Origin: Octopus sinensis
Lineage: Eukaryota
Length of the DNA stretch: 64,000 bases
Direction of reading: 5' to 3'
Assembly: GCF_006345805.1 (NCBI RefSeq)
Contig: NW_021832531.1
Coordinates: forward strand, 436,256-500,255
Shown here: positions 13,837-26,939 of the stretch, piece by piece
Layout: every line of letters starts with the position of its first letter
Numbering within the stretch: the first letter of the stretch is position 1
The notes under the pieces: generated by a model
Database searches by the model: none
Told to the model about the DNA's origin: nothing
Seen by the model: the letters and a program-made list of their open reading frames with translations, nothing else
Position numbers and translations under genes: made by a program

Positions 13837-14849
13837 TATTTCTAACAATTCTTTTCTTTTGGTTTTTGATTACTAAAATATACTCTTATTCAATTTTCAT
13901 AGCACATCCATCTTAAAGTTCATTTGGACCTCTTCCCGCCATGCCAGTTTCACAAGTTGGTCAATAGCAGAGGCGTACTCTTTAAAGAATGCTCATCCAG
14001 TGTTTGATCATTATGCGTTTTAGAGGCCTTTTTGGCACAACTGATTGTATCTATGTTGATTCCACAATTAATAATTTATCCATATTTTAGCCAAGAATTT
14101 AAAACAGCATAAACTTATCAAAAAAACAACAAAGTTTTTATATAAACATGATGGATTCAATTTGGAAATATTAATTAAAATCCGTCACCAATGAAACCCT
14201 TATTATTGTCAGATATTCAACTTAATAAAAACTGGGAATTGTGGGTTAATAGAGTCGGAAATTTACTGTTTGTTCTCATTTTCAAATGTCAACTAGCCAC
14301 AAATCAAGATAATAAAAATACTAATGAAGGTTATGATAAATTTGAACATTTAAAAGACAGATTTGTCATCAACTAATGATGTTAATCTTGAAAGTACGAC
14401 TCATTTAATAACGTAGTCTAATTTTGTTTACATCCAATAGTTCTCGAAATTTAAGTCTAGGCCTGAAGTTAGTAATAGTTATAATAATTTTTTAGCTATA
14501 GTAGAGTGAGGAAGAAGAATTCAACCATCTGAAGATACAAGTATTTTTAATAAAAAAAAGACGATTTTTCAATTTTTGAATTACGTCAAATAAGGATAAG
14601 TCCAATAAATATCAATAATGAATTTGTCAGTTTAAGAAATTAAAAATAGCTTGACTTACTTGCTAAAAAATTTCCTTCCTTATTATTTCCGATTGATAAT
14701 TTTTGCACTAGAACTAATAATGTTAGAGCTTATGTTATTTTAACCATTTATTCAATAAAAATTATTATTAATTTAATATAATTTAAATTGAACTTACAAA
14801 TAAATAAAGCGTGCTTTAATTCTCGTGACAAATCTTTAACTACTTAGCA

Positions 14850-17809
14850 ATGACAGGTAAAAAAAGGAAAAGTACAAAATTATTAATCACATGTTCCCAA
14901 TGCGGCGCACAGACTTTCGACGAAGAAAGACATAACGCATCTTTTGGGGAAAATTCTAACCACGAAATAATTTCTTCAACTTTCTCTGTTCCATTTATCC
15001 TCAATCAACGCCTTTACACGTCTCAGGTAGTCATTCTTCCTATTGGTAAAAAATTTGACTGATTTTTTTAGAAAAAATGCGAACTTTTAGTGCCTTTTTT
15101 ACTGATTTTATTCTCTTAAATCCAGAAACCATGAGACAGTGTGGACTAATTATTGGCTCACAGTGTCGTATTGTGACATATGAAGGAATGGAGGAAAGGA
15201 TTGTTTTTGTCTTTGCTGATGTGGATCTTATTTCTCCTTTGGTTGTTGGCTGTCCTCCTGGTTGTGGATATTCCGGGCCCCTTATGGTGTCTTGTATTGA
15301 TCAATCGACATTGACATCCACCCATCTCAGACTGACACCAGAAATGTATTTTATTATTATTTATTTTAAAGAAATAATAAAATTGACGATGACATTATTT
15401 CGCATGTTAAATATAGATTGGGTATCCTCATTTTGTAATACATTTAGCGGGAACTTACATACTTTCCGGAGTATCAAAGTCTTTTTGGTATTTTGGAAAT
15501 AATATTAAAATGTTAATATCTGACATGACCAAAACAAAATCTAATTTGCCAGATGACGACACTGCTAGTACTATCATGCCAAACTCAGAAATATCAACTG
15601 AAGTCACTTCTGAATTTTTTTCGGCAGTTTCTGAATTGGAGTCTTCATTGGTCGACGATACTCTTCATTTATCGAACAATACTTCTCATCTATCGAACAA
15701 TTTGGAATGCTTTGAATCGCAACTTGCAGGATTATTTCCAATGGTGAACAAAATTGTGTTTATTGACGACAACACAATTTTCAATTTTGAAGTTGAAGAC
15801 GAAGAAGAAGACCATTTGGAGACTAATTTGGACAGTATTGGAGGAATGGAAGACTCGGTTGATAAAATCATAAAGATTTTGCAGTATTTTTATTCTGATG
15901 CTCCAAGTTTTTGTCGAATAGTTTTGATGTTAAGGTTATGGAAAAAATGGCGGAATGCTAATATTTGGTCCTCCTGGATGTGGGAAAACGAGTTTAGTAT
16001 TGTCAGTTGCCGGTCATTTGCACATAAAAGTTTTCATACTACAAGGGATGCACATATATAAGTAAGTTTCTTTAATTTGTATATATGTAATCATAAAAAT
16101 GATTTTTAATTATTTCTAGTCGGAACAAATTTGAAGATGAGATGAATAATGTCTTTACTAAGGCTTCTTCTGCCAAAATGTCGCTAATTTTGGTCGAAGA
16201 TGTTGAATATTTAGCGAATAAAAAGTCTGAAACCGATTTTCAAAAATTGTTGAAATTGGGATTTTTGTCGCGATTTGAGAATATTTTGAAATTTGTTGTT
16301 TTTTAACTCATAAAAATGTTAGAAAAAAATTTTTGTGGTTTGTACGACTAATCAAGTGGATTTGGTGGACTTGTTTTTGAGAAGAAAGTTGGAGTGCGAA
16401 TTGGAAATCCCTACTCCTAATTCTAAAGAAAGATATAAAGTTTTTAGTCCATTTTTGTTATTTTTAAGATTTTTGATAAATGTTTATCCTATCTACCCTC
16501 GCCCTGCATATACGGTAAAGAACAGGTGGAAGCAGTGGCTGATATCACCTGTGGTTATGTCGCGGGAGATATTTTGGCTGTTTGTCGTCGAGGTATTTTA
16601 TTTTTTTAAATTTTAAGCCTTCAGGGATTCTGTTATTTCATTGGACGGCTACCATCAATTGGATTTGCTGGAAGCTGTAAAGTCAGTGAAACCAAGTTCG
16701 ATGAAAGAATTGGCTTTGGACGTTCCGAAAGTATAATTATAGTACTACTGTCCTAGATCAAGTGGAGTGATATTGGTGGGTTGGATAAAATTAAAAATGG
16801 AGTAAGACAGTTGGTTGAATGGCCAATTCTTCATCCGGAGGTTTTCTCCAGACTGGGGATTAAACCTCCGAGGGGGATTCTGATGTATGGTCCTCCTGGA
16901 TGTTCAAAGACGATGATAGCCCAGGCTATAGCAACGGAATCTCATTTTAATTTTATAAGCGTTAAAGTAATATATAATGAAGGATAATAATGACAGGGAT
17001 CGGAATTATTGAGCAAATATGTTGGAGACTCGGAAAAGATGGTCCGTCAGTTGTTTGCAAAAGCCCGTGCTGTATCTCCTACAGTCGTGTTTTTTGACGA
17101 GATTGATGCACTTGTTCCCACTCGAGGAAGTCATTCTGTGACTGATCGTGTGCTGGCTCAGTTGTTGACTGAGTTAGATGGAGTTGTTGCCTTAAATCAA
17201 GTCGTATTTGTTTCAGCTACCAACAGACCTGATATGATAGACAATGTTATGAGTTTTTGAATAATTGTAGGCTTTATTGAGACCAGGGAGAGTTGATAGA
17301 TTGATTTATGTCCCTTTGCCTGATGAGGCGAGCCGAAGGAGGATTTTTGACCTACAATTAAGATCAAAGCCATTGGGAAGGGATGTTCTGTTGGGGGATT
17401 TGGCTCGATTTACAGAAGGTTATTCTGGTGCAGAGGTATTTTGTGGGTTTCTAATTTAGGTTGTGGCGGTGTGCCAAGAGGCTGCCATGGAAGCACTAAG
17501 TGAGAACATAAATGCCAAATTTACTGAAGAAAGACATTTTTTATCCGCTTTGAACAAAATAAAACCCCGAACTGATGAAAAGATGCTGGAAATTTATCGA
17601 AAGTTTTCTGGTTTGGTTAATTTGTACCTAAAATAGAATCTAACGTCGGTTCTGAGATTTGCTTAGAAAATGATTCGGAAAATAAGGAATCTGGTCCGGT
17701 TGTAATGGATAATTCAACCAGCTCTTTTTCTGGAACAAAATATATACTGACAACTATTTTGGGCATCGGGATAACTGCAACCATATTAATATTTTTTAAA
17801 TTGAGATAA
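14850..17809 (+). CDS. SPATA5: AFG2/SPATA5 double-ring AAA ATPase, with a possible C-terminal tail-anchor exon
   Basis: N-terminal C.QCG. D1 Walker [10 protein letters not shown]2 motifs [44 protein letters not shown] and RPGRVDR, typical of SPATA5. About 12 mini-introns. Confidence 0.88.
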
Positions 17810-18379
17810 CTCTTCTACTTAAATAATTTTATATTTTTAATCAGTTTTCTATGTGCCTAATAATACGCGTTTTTAATGTAAAAAAATTTCCTCTTATTGC
17901 GCGAGTCAATTAAATGTGAGAGATTGATTAATATAATCATTTCTCCTAATGACTGTTTTTGTTTTTTCGAAAAAGATGTGTTTTTACAACTTATCATTCT
18001 TTTGGATTTACCTTGGTTAATATTCCACAACTTTTAAGCATTAAAATTTTTCCAAAATTTTGTAAATAAATTGATTATTGAGGGACTCAAAACTGGAAGT
18101 AACACATAAATTGGGAGTCCACAAAAACTCAACCAACTCAGACTTTTTGGAGAACGGAAAGGGAAAAATTAATGAAAATCAAAAAAACCACAAAAAATTC
18201 CTCGACAGCCCTTTTGTCAATATGGGTCACCTTCTTGTGATGGCAAACAATAAGTTTTCGTCGGATTAACTACTAAGCAGGCTCGGAACCGTTGCTCCCA
18301 AGAACATTTCTTTTACACGCCGAAGTCGCCTTTTTTTCTGGAGACATTGAACAAAATCATGGACTCACTAGGAAGAACC

Positions 18380-18705
18380 CACTGTGTATCCTACAAGTAA
18401 ACATAAATGGGATTGCTTACAAGACTGTTGAACTTTGTTTTTTAATAAAAAAGTATGATGTGGACATTTCTTTGGTACAAGAAACGAAGCTCTCATTTAA
18501 AAACTGTTTACCCGTTTTCCCTGGTTACTCATACATCCTGCAAGACAGACCGGACTTTGTAAATGGCGGCGATCTTTTAACTCTTATTAGAAAACTAATC
18601 CTTTCCATTGACTCTACTTCACAAGTCTATTCGCTAATCAATAATGACCCAGTGATTGAGCTGACAGTTATAACGGTCTCTACAATGTGTCTTGTAAATA
18701 TTTAA
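18380..18705 (+). mobile_element. Non-LTR retrotransposon AP-endonuclease fragment
   Basis: ILQVNINGI...VQETKL...PGY...DR..GG motif of LINE endonucleases. Confidence 0.7.
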
Positions 18706-18759
18706 CGTTCTGGACAGCTTTAATAACGCATTTTTTCATTTGCATTCTTAATGTTTTTC

Positions 18760-19500
18760 TGAAATTATAATAATCTTTCAAAGCTCCTGGAAATAGATTG
18801 AAAATGTTACCTTTCAGGTGTATTCATTGCTGTTAAGGTTTCCAAATGAGAATAGGTACATTTTGCTCCGTCTTACATATTCTCGTCAGCATTATCTTTT
18901 CATTTTCAGTAATTATATCTTAAATTATGTTATTTAAACTCTACAATTCTTTATTCGCGAATGAGAGAGTTTGAAAACGACATTCATCAAATTCCTTCAA
19001 CAATTAGTAAATAATTCAGAGTGTATCTATTTCCATGTTTTCCAAATAATAATGATTATTTGTCTGAAATTTACTTTCTTCAAATTCAACATTGTGAACT
19101 TATCATCTTCGAAAGGATAAAATCTATCAAATTATTTCAATAATTGGATTTGAACGATTTAATAACTCTCATATCTATGAGTTGAATTAATGACCTTGCA
19201 TTTTGGCAGAAAAATAGCTCAATGTTGAAAAAATGATTATTCTTGTGACAAAGGTTTTCCACTAAAAAGTTCAGGTAATTTCCAATTCATTGATTTAATG
19301 AAGCTAGCATCGTGTATTGAAAACACCATTTTTGACAACGGATTATGTCATTTACAATCTTTTAGAATCGATTTTTTAAAGATATCATTACTTGTTTTTC
19401 TCAAATATTTTTTGCTAAACACTGATGAACATATCTATTTGCCAGGTATTGAAAAAATTCAGTATTTTGTTCTTTTTTTATCAAAATATTGTATATACTA
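18760..19500 (-). mobile_element. Degraded pogo/Tigger transposase remnant
   Basis: Minus strand NIELFFLPK..LIQLIDMRVIKSFK resembles the pogo DDE region (FLP.N.T..LQP.D.GII..FK); many stops. Confidence 0.45.
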
Positions 19501-19529
19501 CTTTTCATTATGATTGAACGAATGTGTAA

Positions 19530-19840
19530 CTAATTATCGGCAGAGGACAAGATGGAATGGCAATTCCCACGCAAGATGGCTATTGATATGCGTTGGAAAA
19601 GCCATGTCCGTTCTCGATGATCGTTTTTCCTTCTGCTTGCCAGATTCCCCAATTTAATGAGAAATTTTTTAGTCCTGGGACCGAGGACACCCGACGTCTC
19701 CACTGCGACCGGGGCGAAGATATAACGGTGCGATAAGGCGCCGTATTTTTTGATCTGCAGCGTTTCTGCCAGGTTAGCTGCGGAGCCCAGCTCTGAAGCT
19801 GACGTCAAGATGTTCCCGGCGGAGAAGGTATCCGTACAAG
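19530..19840 (-). mobile_element. CRE-clade retrotransposon 3' fragment
   Basis: K..KY...FAPVAVETSGVLGP...WLFQRISIAILRGN, homologous to 7100-7454. Confidence 0.8.
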
Positions 19841-20295
19841 TTGCGGAGAGGGTATCGTTTTGTTCTTTTTATGTCAAAATTTCTAATCTTTTATTAAACT
19901 CTCTCTATATGAAATTTATAAAAATCACGTGATTGTATTTAATGGGTTTCTCGATCTATTTGAAATCTGTCGTAACAATTCTGATTTTGATTCCAATATT
20001 TGCGATTTTGGTTGCGACAAATTTGAAATAAATCGAATAACCCTATATAAAATGGCATATGCTGTAGTTATTATTAATAGCACGTTTACAGAACTGAAAA
20101 ATGTAAATTAAATAAGTTCCTGTTTGTGGAAGCTACATAATTTTTCAAGAGAAAGAGAGAGAGCAAGAAAAATAATTTTTTAATTAATTCCGATTTAGGA
20201 TGTCCCTTAGTTTCTCTTGCCTTATAAACGCAACCTGAATGTATTGTTGTAGGGCTGATTAAACGCAAGAGTAACATGTATACTATAAAATAATA

Positions 20296-20684
20296 TGTCA
20301 CATGCACAACGCGCCCTACGCCCTGAGCGCACATTATTGATTCGCTAATAAATACACCGATTCAAAAGGCTTTAAAATAGTAAAATTATTTACAATAACC
20401 CTGACCCTAATCAACCTGGGCTCGTATTCAACCGGTCATATTTCTTATATAACTTCTTTTGTTTTGGAAAACCAAACGTGAACAATCCATAGTATATAGC
20501 GTGCGTAATATTTAAATAAAATTTAATGAAAAAAAGATATTAACAAATTAATAAATATATCATAATATTTTTAAAGTGCCATTTGTGTCATTATATTCAA
20601 TAATTTCGAAAAAATTTATAAAAATTACAATTTGACGAATCGATAATGTGCGCTCGGGGCGTAGTGCGCGTTGTGCATGCGACA
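20296..20684. mobile_element. MITE with ~50-bp TGT...ACA terminal inverted repeats (Ginger-like)
   Basis: tgtcacatgcacaacgcgccctacgccctgagcgcacatta matches the reverse complement of 20636-20684. 5-bp direct repeat taata on both sides. Confidence 0.8.
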
Positions 20685-21610
20685 TAATAATAGAATAGCA
20701 TAGAAATATTAAATTAGCCCAAACAAGGATCTTTTTCAGTACACAATGGATGCATATAAACTGTACTTTTCCACGACTGCTGATATAAGTTCCACAAGAA
20801 TAAAAGACCATTGTCTCCATCAGAATGATCAGATTATATTTGAACACCTCTACTCGCAAAATCACCTGATTATACATTTTGATTATTTTTAACATAAGAA
20901 GGTATTTACAATACCTTTTATTCTAAATTTTATACATCGGAATAAACACAGCTAATAGTTTATAAGCAAAAAATAAGTCTGGAGTTGTTTTTCTGAAGTT
21001 ACCAATGAATAATCCAGCGCATTTAATGGGAAGATTTCCCAAATTCATTATTATACAAAAACTATTTATTGGCTAAATACGTTCTATCACACCTCCTATG
21101 CTAAGGTAGGGTATCTTTTGTAAATCTAATGCAATGGCGCCACGATCAAATACTGAAATATAAATTTTTCATCCATCCAACCACACAAGAATCAATTTTT
21201 AAAAGGTTAGATTAGTTTATTCAAATAAGCCGCGTCAAACCCTTACAGATCTCATAAGCCAATTTGCTCCATCCCTACCGATCATTTGCAATTTTGAGAA
21301 GCCAGAATAATATATGCCGAGATCATCAGATCGAAAAAGCAACTGTCAATCCAGTGAAGCTCCTCTGCTCCAAGCAAGTCAATATCAAGCCTTCTTATTT
21401 TCCTTTTTAAGACTTTTAATTTCTCTTTTCTTAAGCTTTTTTCGTTCCACGATGCAAACTTTGGGATTCTTTGTGATGAAGACTCGAGATTTGATGTTTG
21501 AGAGTTTTTTGTAACCGATTAAGTCGTAGGAGAGTTTGGTTAGAGATTTTCTAGGCATTCAGATACGGGGTAGGTTGCCAGGTCTTTCCCCATGCACAAT
21601 TTTTTTTCGT

Positions 21611-21698
21611 CTGTCGATTGCTGTGATCCGAGGGAACGGCTTCGCCATTCGCGAGGCTGGTCGGGTGTCTCGTGAGGCCTTTAATTAACTTAGCTATC
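21611..21698 (+). mobile_element. Very short 3' copy of the CRE element at 6321-7494
   Basis: Near-identical to 7378-7465. Confidence 0.85.
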
Positions 21699-22756
21699 TT
21701 TAATTTCTTTCTTGCTTTCATAACAAAGATTTAATTTTTATACTGAAATAATTTTCAGAAACTGTAATAATACCAAATACCAAACGTGCACAATTTTTTT
21801 AGAAACCTAAAAAAATTAATTTTATCTGCGCATGTTGTTTTTCTAGCAAGCGACTTTACAAATTTAATGGATTTAGGTTCAACTCCCAGTCGAGGTAATT
21901 TACAATAATGTCATCAGGAAGATTTTATTTGCTCGCAAACAATTTATGACCAATTCACTATCTTAAAATCCACGTCGTTAATTATGTGATGACGGGTACC
22001 AAGTATTTCAAGTTACTTTCGGAGTAGATAAGTGTCTACAGAGAATTGGGTTATCAGGTACATTTGTAGTGCTGCCCAATTTGGTAAGTCTTATTTAAAT
22101 TAGATAATTAATTAGTTCATTTATACCTTAACTCTAACAACATCAAAGTTCAAGTCAATTTTGTAGTGTAAAATAAAAACAACTATACAAAAAAATTAAT
22201 AAAAGACACTTACTCCTGATTTACATGGTTTGTCTCATACAATTAGACGACTTAACTAATTAAACCCATACTTCTCTACAACTCGAAGATATAGGGTTGT
22301 AAAAGATACTATCCTCGCACAGTCAATCCAGAATGGTACTAAAAGGAACCTGCCAATCTCAGGGGAAATCCCGGGGGCAAAATAGAGGCTGTTTGGTCAC
22401 ATCCTCAGGATGGACATGGATGCCCCCACAAACTCGATATAGATTACAATTACACCAACACCTTTATTGGGCTGCACTTCACCTACTGCTCCTTTGTCTT
22501 ACTGACTTGGCCAAGAAAGTGCAGCGCATCCTTCCGACTAAATGTTAGGAATCGACTGAGAGCATTTCTAGATTACTTTCAAGTACAGTTGGACAAATCC
22601 ATCCAAGCAATGTTTAATGTTAAATGTTAGATGGAGGGTGTTTGGTCTTTATTTCATGTTAAGAATAAATTTGAGACATATTTGAAATATTGTCCCATTA
22701 TAAATTTATAAAATAAGCATGTTCAGTTTTTATTTTTGTTCACTATTTCATATCTA

Positions 22757-24200
22757 TATATGTGATTAAGACTTTGTGCAATAGAGTTGCGTCACTAACT
22801 CAACCGAAATACCATACCGCCTATTGGGAAAGGAACGCTAATTCCTCTCCAAAAACCCAACAAGCCGCAAGGTCCTCTTAACAACATTCGCCCAATCATA
22901 CTCTTGAACACAATAAGGAAAATCTTCTCACTCGTAACACTGGAACGTATTAAGGACCCTGTTAATGAATATCTGTCGGCTAGCCAAAGTGGATTCAGGC
23001 CTGGGCGATCAACTGCAGATGTAGTATGGGGACATAGATGGATCTGTGCCATATCTCAGAAATTTAAAATGGCGACCACAATATTGGGCATTGATATGAG
23101 CAGGGCATTTGATACAATCCGCAGAGACAAGCTAATGGAGATCCTCAAAACCATTCTTGACAATGACTCGATCAGAATGGTTCGAGCACTACTTATAGAC
23201 ACCGAGTTAACGGTGAAGATCGGACCCGTAGAATCAAGATCTTTCAAAACAAGCATTGGAACGCCCCAAGGTGATTCAATATCACCTGTACTATTCATTG
23301 TCTATCTTGAAGCGGCACTAAGAGATCTGAGAAAACTAGTGAAGACTACTTCAATAACTGAAGTGATATATGCCGACGATGTAGACTTTTTGTCTCATGA
23401 TAAGTCGACACTCGAAGAACTGCTGAACATTGCTCCTCATGCACTGGAAAAATGGTTCTTAAAAGTGAACATAGAAAAAACCGAATATGTAACAATCAAC
23501 CGGGAGGCAAATAGAACAGACGAAAAATGGCGAAACTCAAAAAAGTTGGAACTCTTTTAGGAGATAGTGAAGACATTATGAGGAGAAAGATGCTATCGAC
23601 TGTTGCACTTAACAAACTGCGGACCACTTGGCTACGAAACCGCGAGGTTGGAACGGCCTTACGTGCCAAATTATACAATGCTTTTATTAAACCCATACTT
23701 TTGTACAACGGAGGAACATGGGGAATATCTGAGTCTGAATCAAAATCTCTTGATGCATTCCATAGAAGACAGTTAAGAATTCTTATTGGCATCAACTGGC
23801 CAAAGAAAATCAAGAACTCCACCCTATACAATATCTGCAACAGCAGACCCGTCAGTGTGGACATTACCGAAGCACGTTGGCGCCTATTGGGCCACATTCT
23901 AAGACTCGACCGGGATGTTTATGCTAACTGGGCAATGGAATCATATTACGCAAAGGACGAAAGATCTGCGTCCCGAGGACGCCCACGAAATACATTACCT
24001 ATTGTAATCTCAAAAGAACTACAACGCGTTAAAAGACAACTGAAAAATGGAGACGACCTAGATACTCTCAGGAGTATAGCATACAACCGCACATCATGGA
24101 AAATTATGACCGAAAAGATAGTCTCATATGTGGCACATGTGGGAACTTAATTAGTTTAAATTACATTATGTTCCTATGACAGTGCTAATAATAATAATAA
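22757..24200 (+). mobile_element. 5'-truncated RTE-clade retrotransposon
   Basis: RT motifs QSGFRPGRST, IDMSRAFD, GTPQGDSISP and YADD; one frameshift; (TAA)n tail; 13-bp TSD tatttcatatcta (22744-22756, 24201-24213). Confidence 0.92.
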
Positions 24201-24578
24201 TATTTCATATCTAAAAAGAACACCCATTAATGAACTATACCTCTGCACAAAATAGTTCTCATTCAACTGGAAATTAAACTCCAAAAACTTTTGAAGATAG
24301 TAAAAGCCTCAGAGTAGATCTTGTTTCAGTGAACTTTTGTAGATCATGGATCCTACCGACATCAACAGACTAATAATCTCAAATGAATTAAACACTAGGC
24401 AGATATATCTTTCTCATTTTTCATAAAAATCATTTTTGTAGGTTTTTCTTTTACAAGGCCATTAAGTTTCATAGTTCCGTCGGACTGTTAAACTGGTGTC
24501 GGATTTTGTAACATTAAGACTATAAGTATCGAATAATCAATTGGTTAATAGATTAATCAAACTAATTAGTGATAAATG

Positions 24579-25650
24579 TTAGTTAGGGTAATCGAGTCCA
24601 ATTTTAATTTCTGCTTCAAGGAATGGCAATGCCAAGTCTATCATTGTTTGTTGTTGTTCGGTCAGGTCAGGCAGAGGAAGAACTTGTTCTATTCCCTCTC
24701 GACCAAAACGAACAGGCGATGCGAAATATGGCAAATTGGTAATGTCAGACCGCACATACGCACATTCCACGACGTCGGGCACTCCACTAAGCCCCGAGAG
24801 GACTGCTTTTGAAACCCGAAGAGCAGCCACAGCAATGGCGAGAGTAGCCGAGCCCTAAACAACAAGCATAACAAATGTACTTTTCCTTGCTTAGCGTTCA
24901 AAACAACCGTCCCAGCCTCCCTGATCTTCAGGCAGAGGTCCTCGATTTGGGTAGGAGAAAGATTTCCGTCATTTATGAGTGCAACGATTGTGGTTTCCGA
25001 ATGTCCACACACACTCATACTGGTCACTTCAGAGGGCTCAATACCCTAGAACAAAAATAAAGCAATCAACAATAAACCAAAGTCTCAGAAACAAACGTGA
25101 CAGTTCTTTGAACATCCAGAGTCGTAACCCCAAATATCCGTTGTGATGCATCTATTCCTAAACGATCCATCAATTTGACTGCCAAGGGGACCAGTGAATT
25201 GACCTACAGAGGTCACTGAGTGGAGTACTGGATTGGTAATAATTCCGACTATTGCAAAAGGGCAGTAAAGTGCAATCCCGGTGATCAGAGACTCCATTAT
25301 TTTAGAATTAGCCACAAATAAATCAGCTCTTGTGGTTCCTGAAAATTAATCAACAATAAACCTGGAACTCCCTTTTCCCCCGCACAAATAATAACTAAAT
25401 CCATTCCTGAGAGAGCTCCTTCTAATTCGTCAGGTCCTTTGAATGCTTTTACTAAACAATTTGTTGGGATATGAGACAGATCTTCTGCAACTCCAGCAGG
25501 ATCAATGATATCCAATAAGTTCAGTTGACTTATTACATCACTTTCAAGTTTAAAGAGAAGACTCAAAGGTTGGCCTATTCCTCCATTTGCACCAAGAATA
25601 GCAACTTTATACTACAAATTTATCAAGAAGTGATTATCTACTTTCGACAT
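24579..25650 (-). CDS. Malate dehydrogenase, mitochondrial/bacterial (MDH2) type, divergent
   Basis: KVAILGANGGIGQPLSLL, GVAEDLSHIPT, ITNPVNSLVP, IFGVTTLDVQR, GHS and AKQGKGSATLA. Five mini-introns. No presequence and an altered substrate loop. Confidence 0.88.
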
Positions 25651-26939
25651 TAAAAAGCTTATTTAATTTGATTTTAAGTTATTTTAGCTCAAATTTAACA
25701 CAAAATAAAGTCAAAAATACATTTAATTATTTTTGTATAAATAATCTATATTGTAACTTTAAAACTAATTAATTCATATTCCAACAAATTGCTCCTGAAA
25801 ATTTTTATACACTCATTACTTATATTCTGAACAAAACTTTGGAGGAACGCTCTAGAATTGACATTGGAATCGAAAAATTAATCTCCTTACATAAAACAGA
25901 TAAGGAAAGAAAGAAGCCAAATAGCCTAAAACCAATCATACTGCTCAAATCACTGTGCAAAATCTTAAAATAGTTAGGCGATGCGAAAAACGATATAATA
26001 AAAATGAAAGCATACCAAGATAATTAGCACTCTTTAAGAGATACATGGGACATACTTCAAAAAAATAATCAGAAATTTTCGTTTTTAACCACCTCCTCCT
26101 TATGGATGACATAAAGCGGTTGTCGACTAATTAAAAGACGATGTCTATATGATTGAGGAGGTTGACTCTTTTCTCGATAAACTCGGCCTGGTGAAGAATT
26201 TTGATTATCAGCTACGAATTCAGAAAGTGTGGCCGAAAAATGATAAATATAATAAGACAAATAAAATTGTTAGTAGAGAAGCCAAATAAATTTTTGCTAG
26301 AACTCACCAACGAGAAGTCAAATTATTTTTTGCTATTCAAATGCCTAAGAAAAATGGAGAATTGGTTATCATAGAGTCCTCATGGTGGTTAAAACATAGA
26401 AACAATTTATACTTAGTAAAGTAATGCTATATTCGTTGCATGACCTAAAACTATTTGCAAATTACGGGGACCCACCGTATTATTATTGCAAAAAGGCTAA
26501 GTAGACAAAGTGCAAGAGGATGCTAAACGGTCATGCGAAGACACAATAAGGTCGTCAGGTATATTTATTTACACCTATGTAAAATCTATAAAATTAAGAC
26601 TTCAGGGAAGCTTAAGATTCGTTCTGTTTAATTAGACCTCCTGACTTTTGAGATGGATTTGATTTAAAATAGTCCGGGTCGTATTAAACTGGGACGTCAA
26701 GATTTACAAGGGTAGAATTGCAAGGCTATATTTTTAAGTCTATAAGATATACGTGCAAATACAATAAGAATTATTAATGGACTGACATTGTTTATTAAAT
26801 ATTACAGAATGCACTTTATATCAAATCCTCCAAAAGACAGTTGAGTCTGAATATCAAAATAAAAACTATGATTACAGGTCCTGTAAATAAAAACTCCGGC
26901 CTGGAGAACCACTTGAACAAAGAAATTATTACAAAAATA

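Noticed and set aside
21870-21900. tRNA T-arm-like ggttcaactccc
   Set aside because: No cloverleaf or A-box could be folded around it; at most a SINE remnant.
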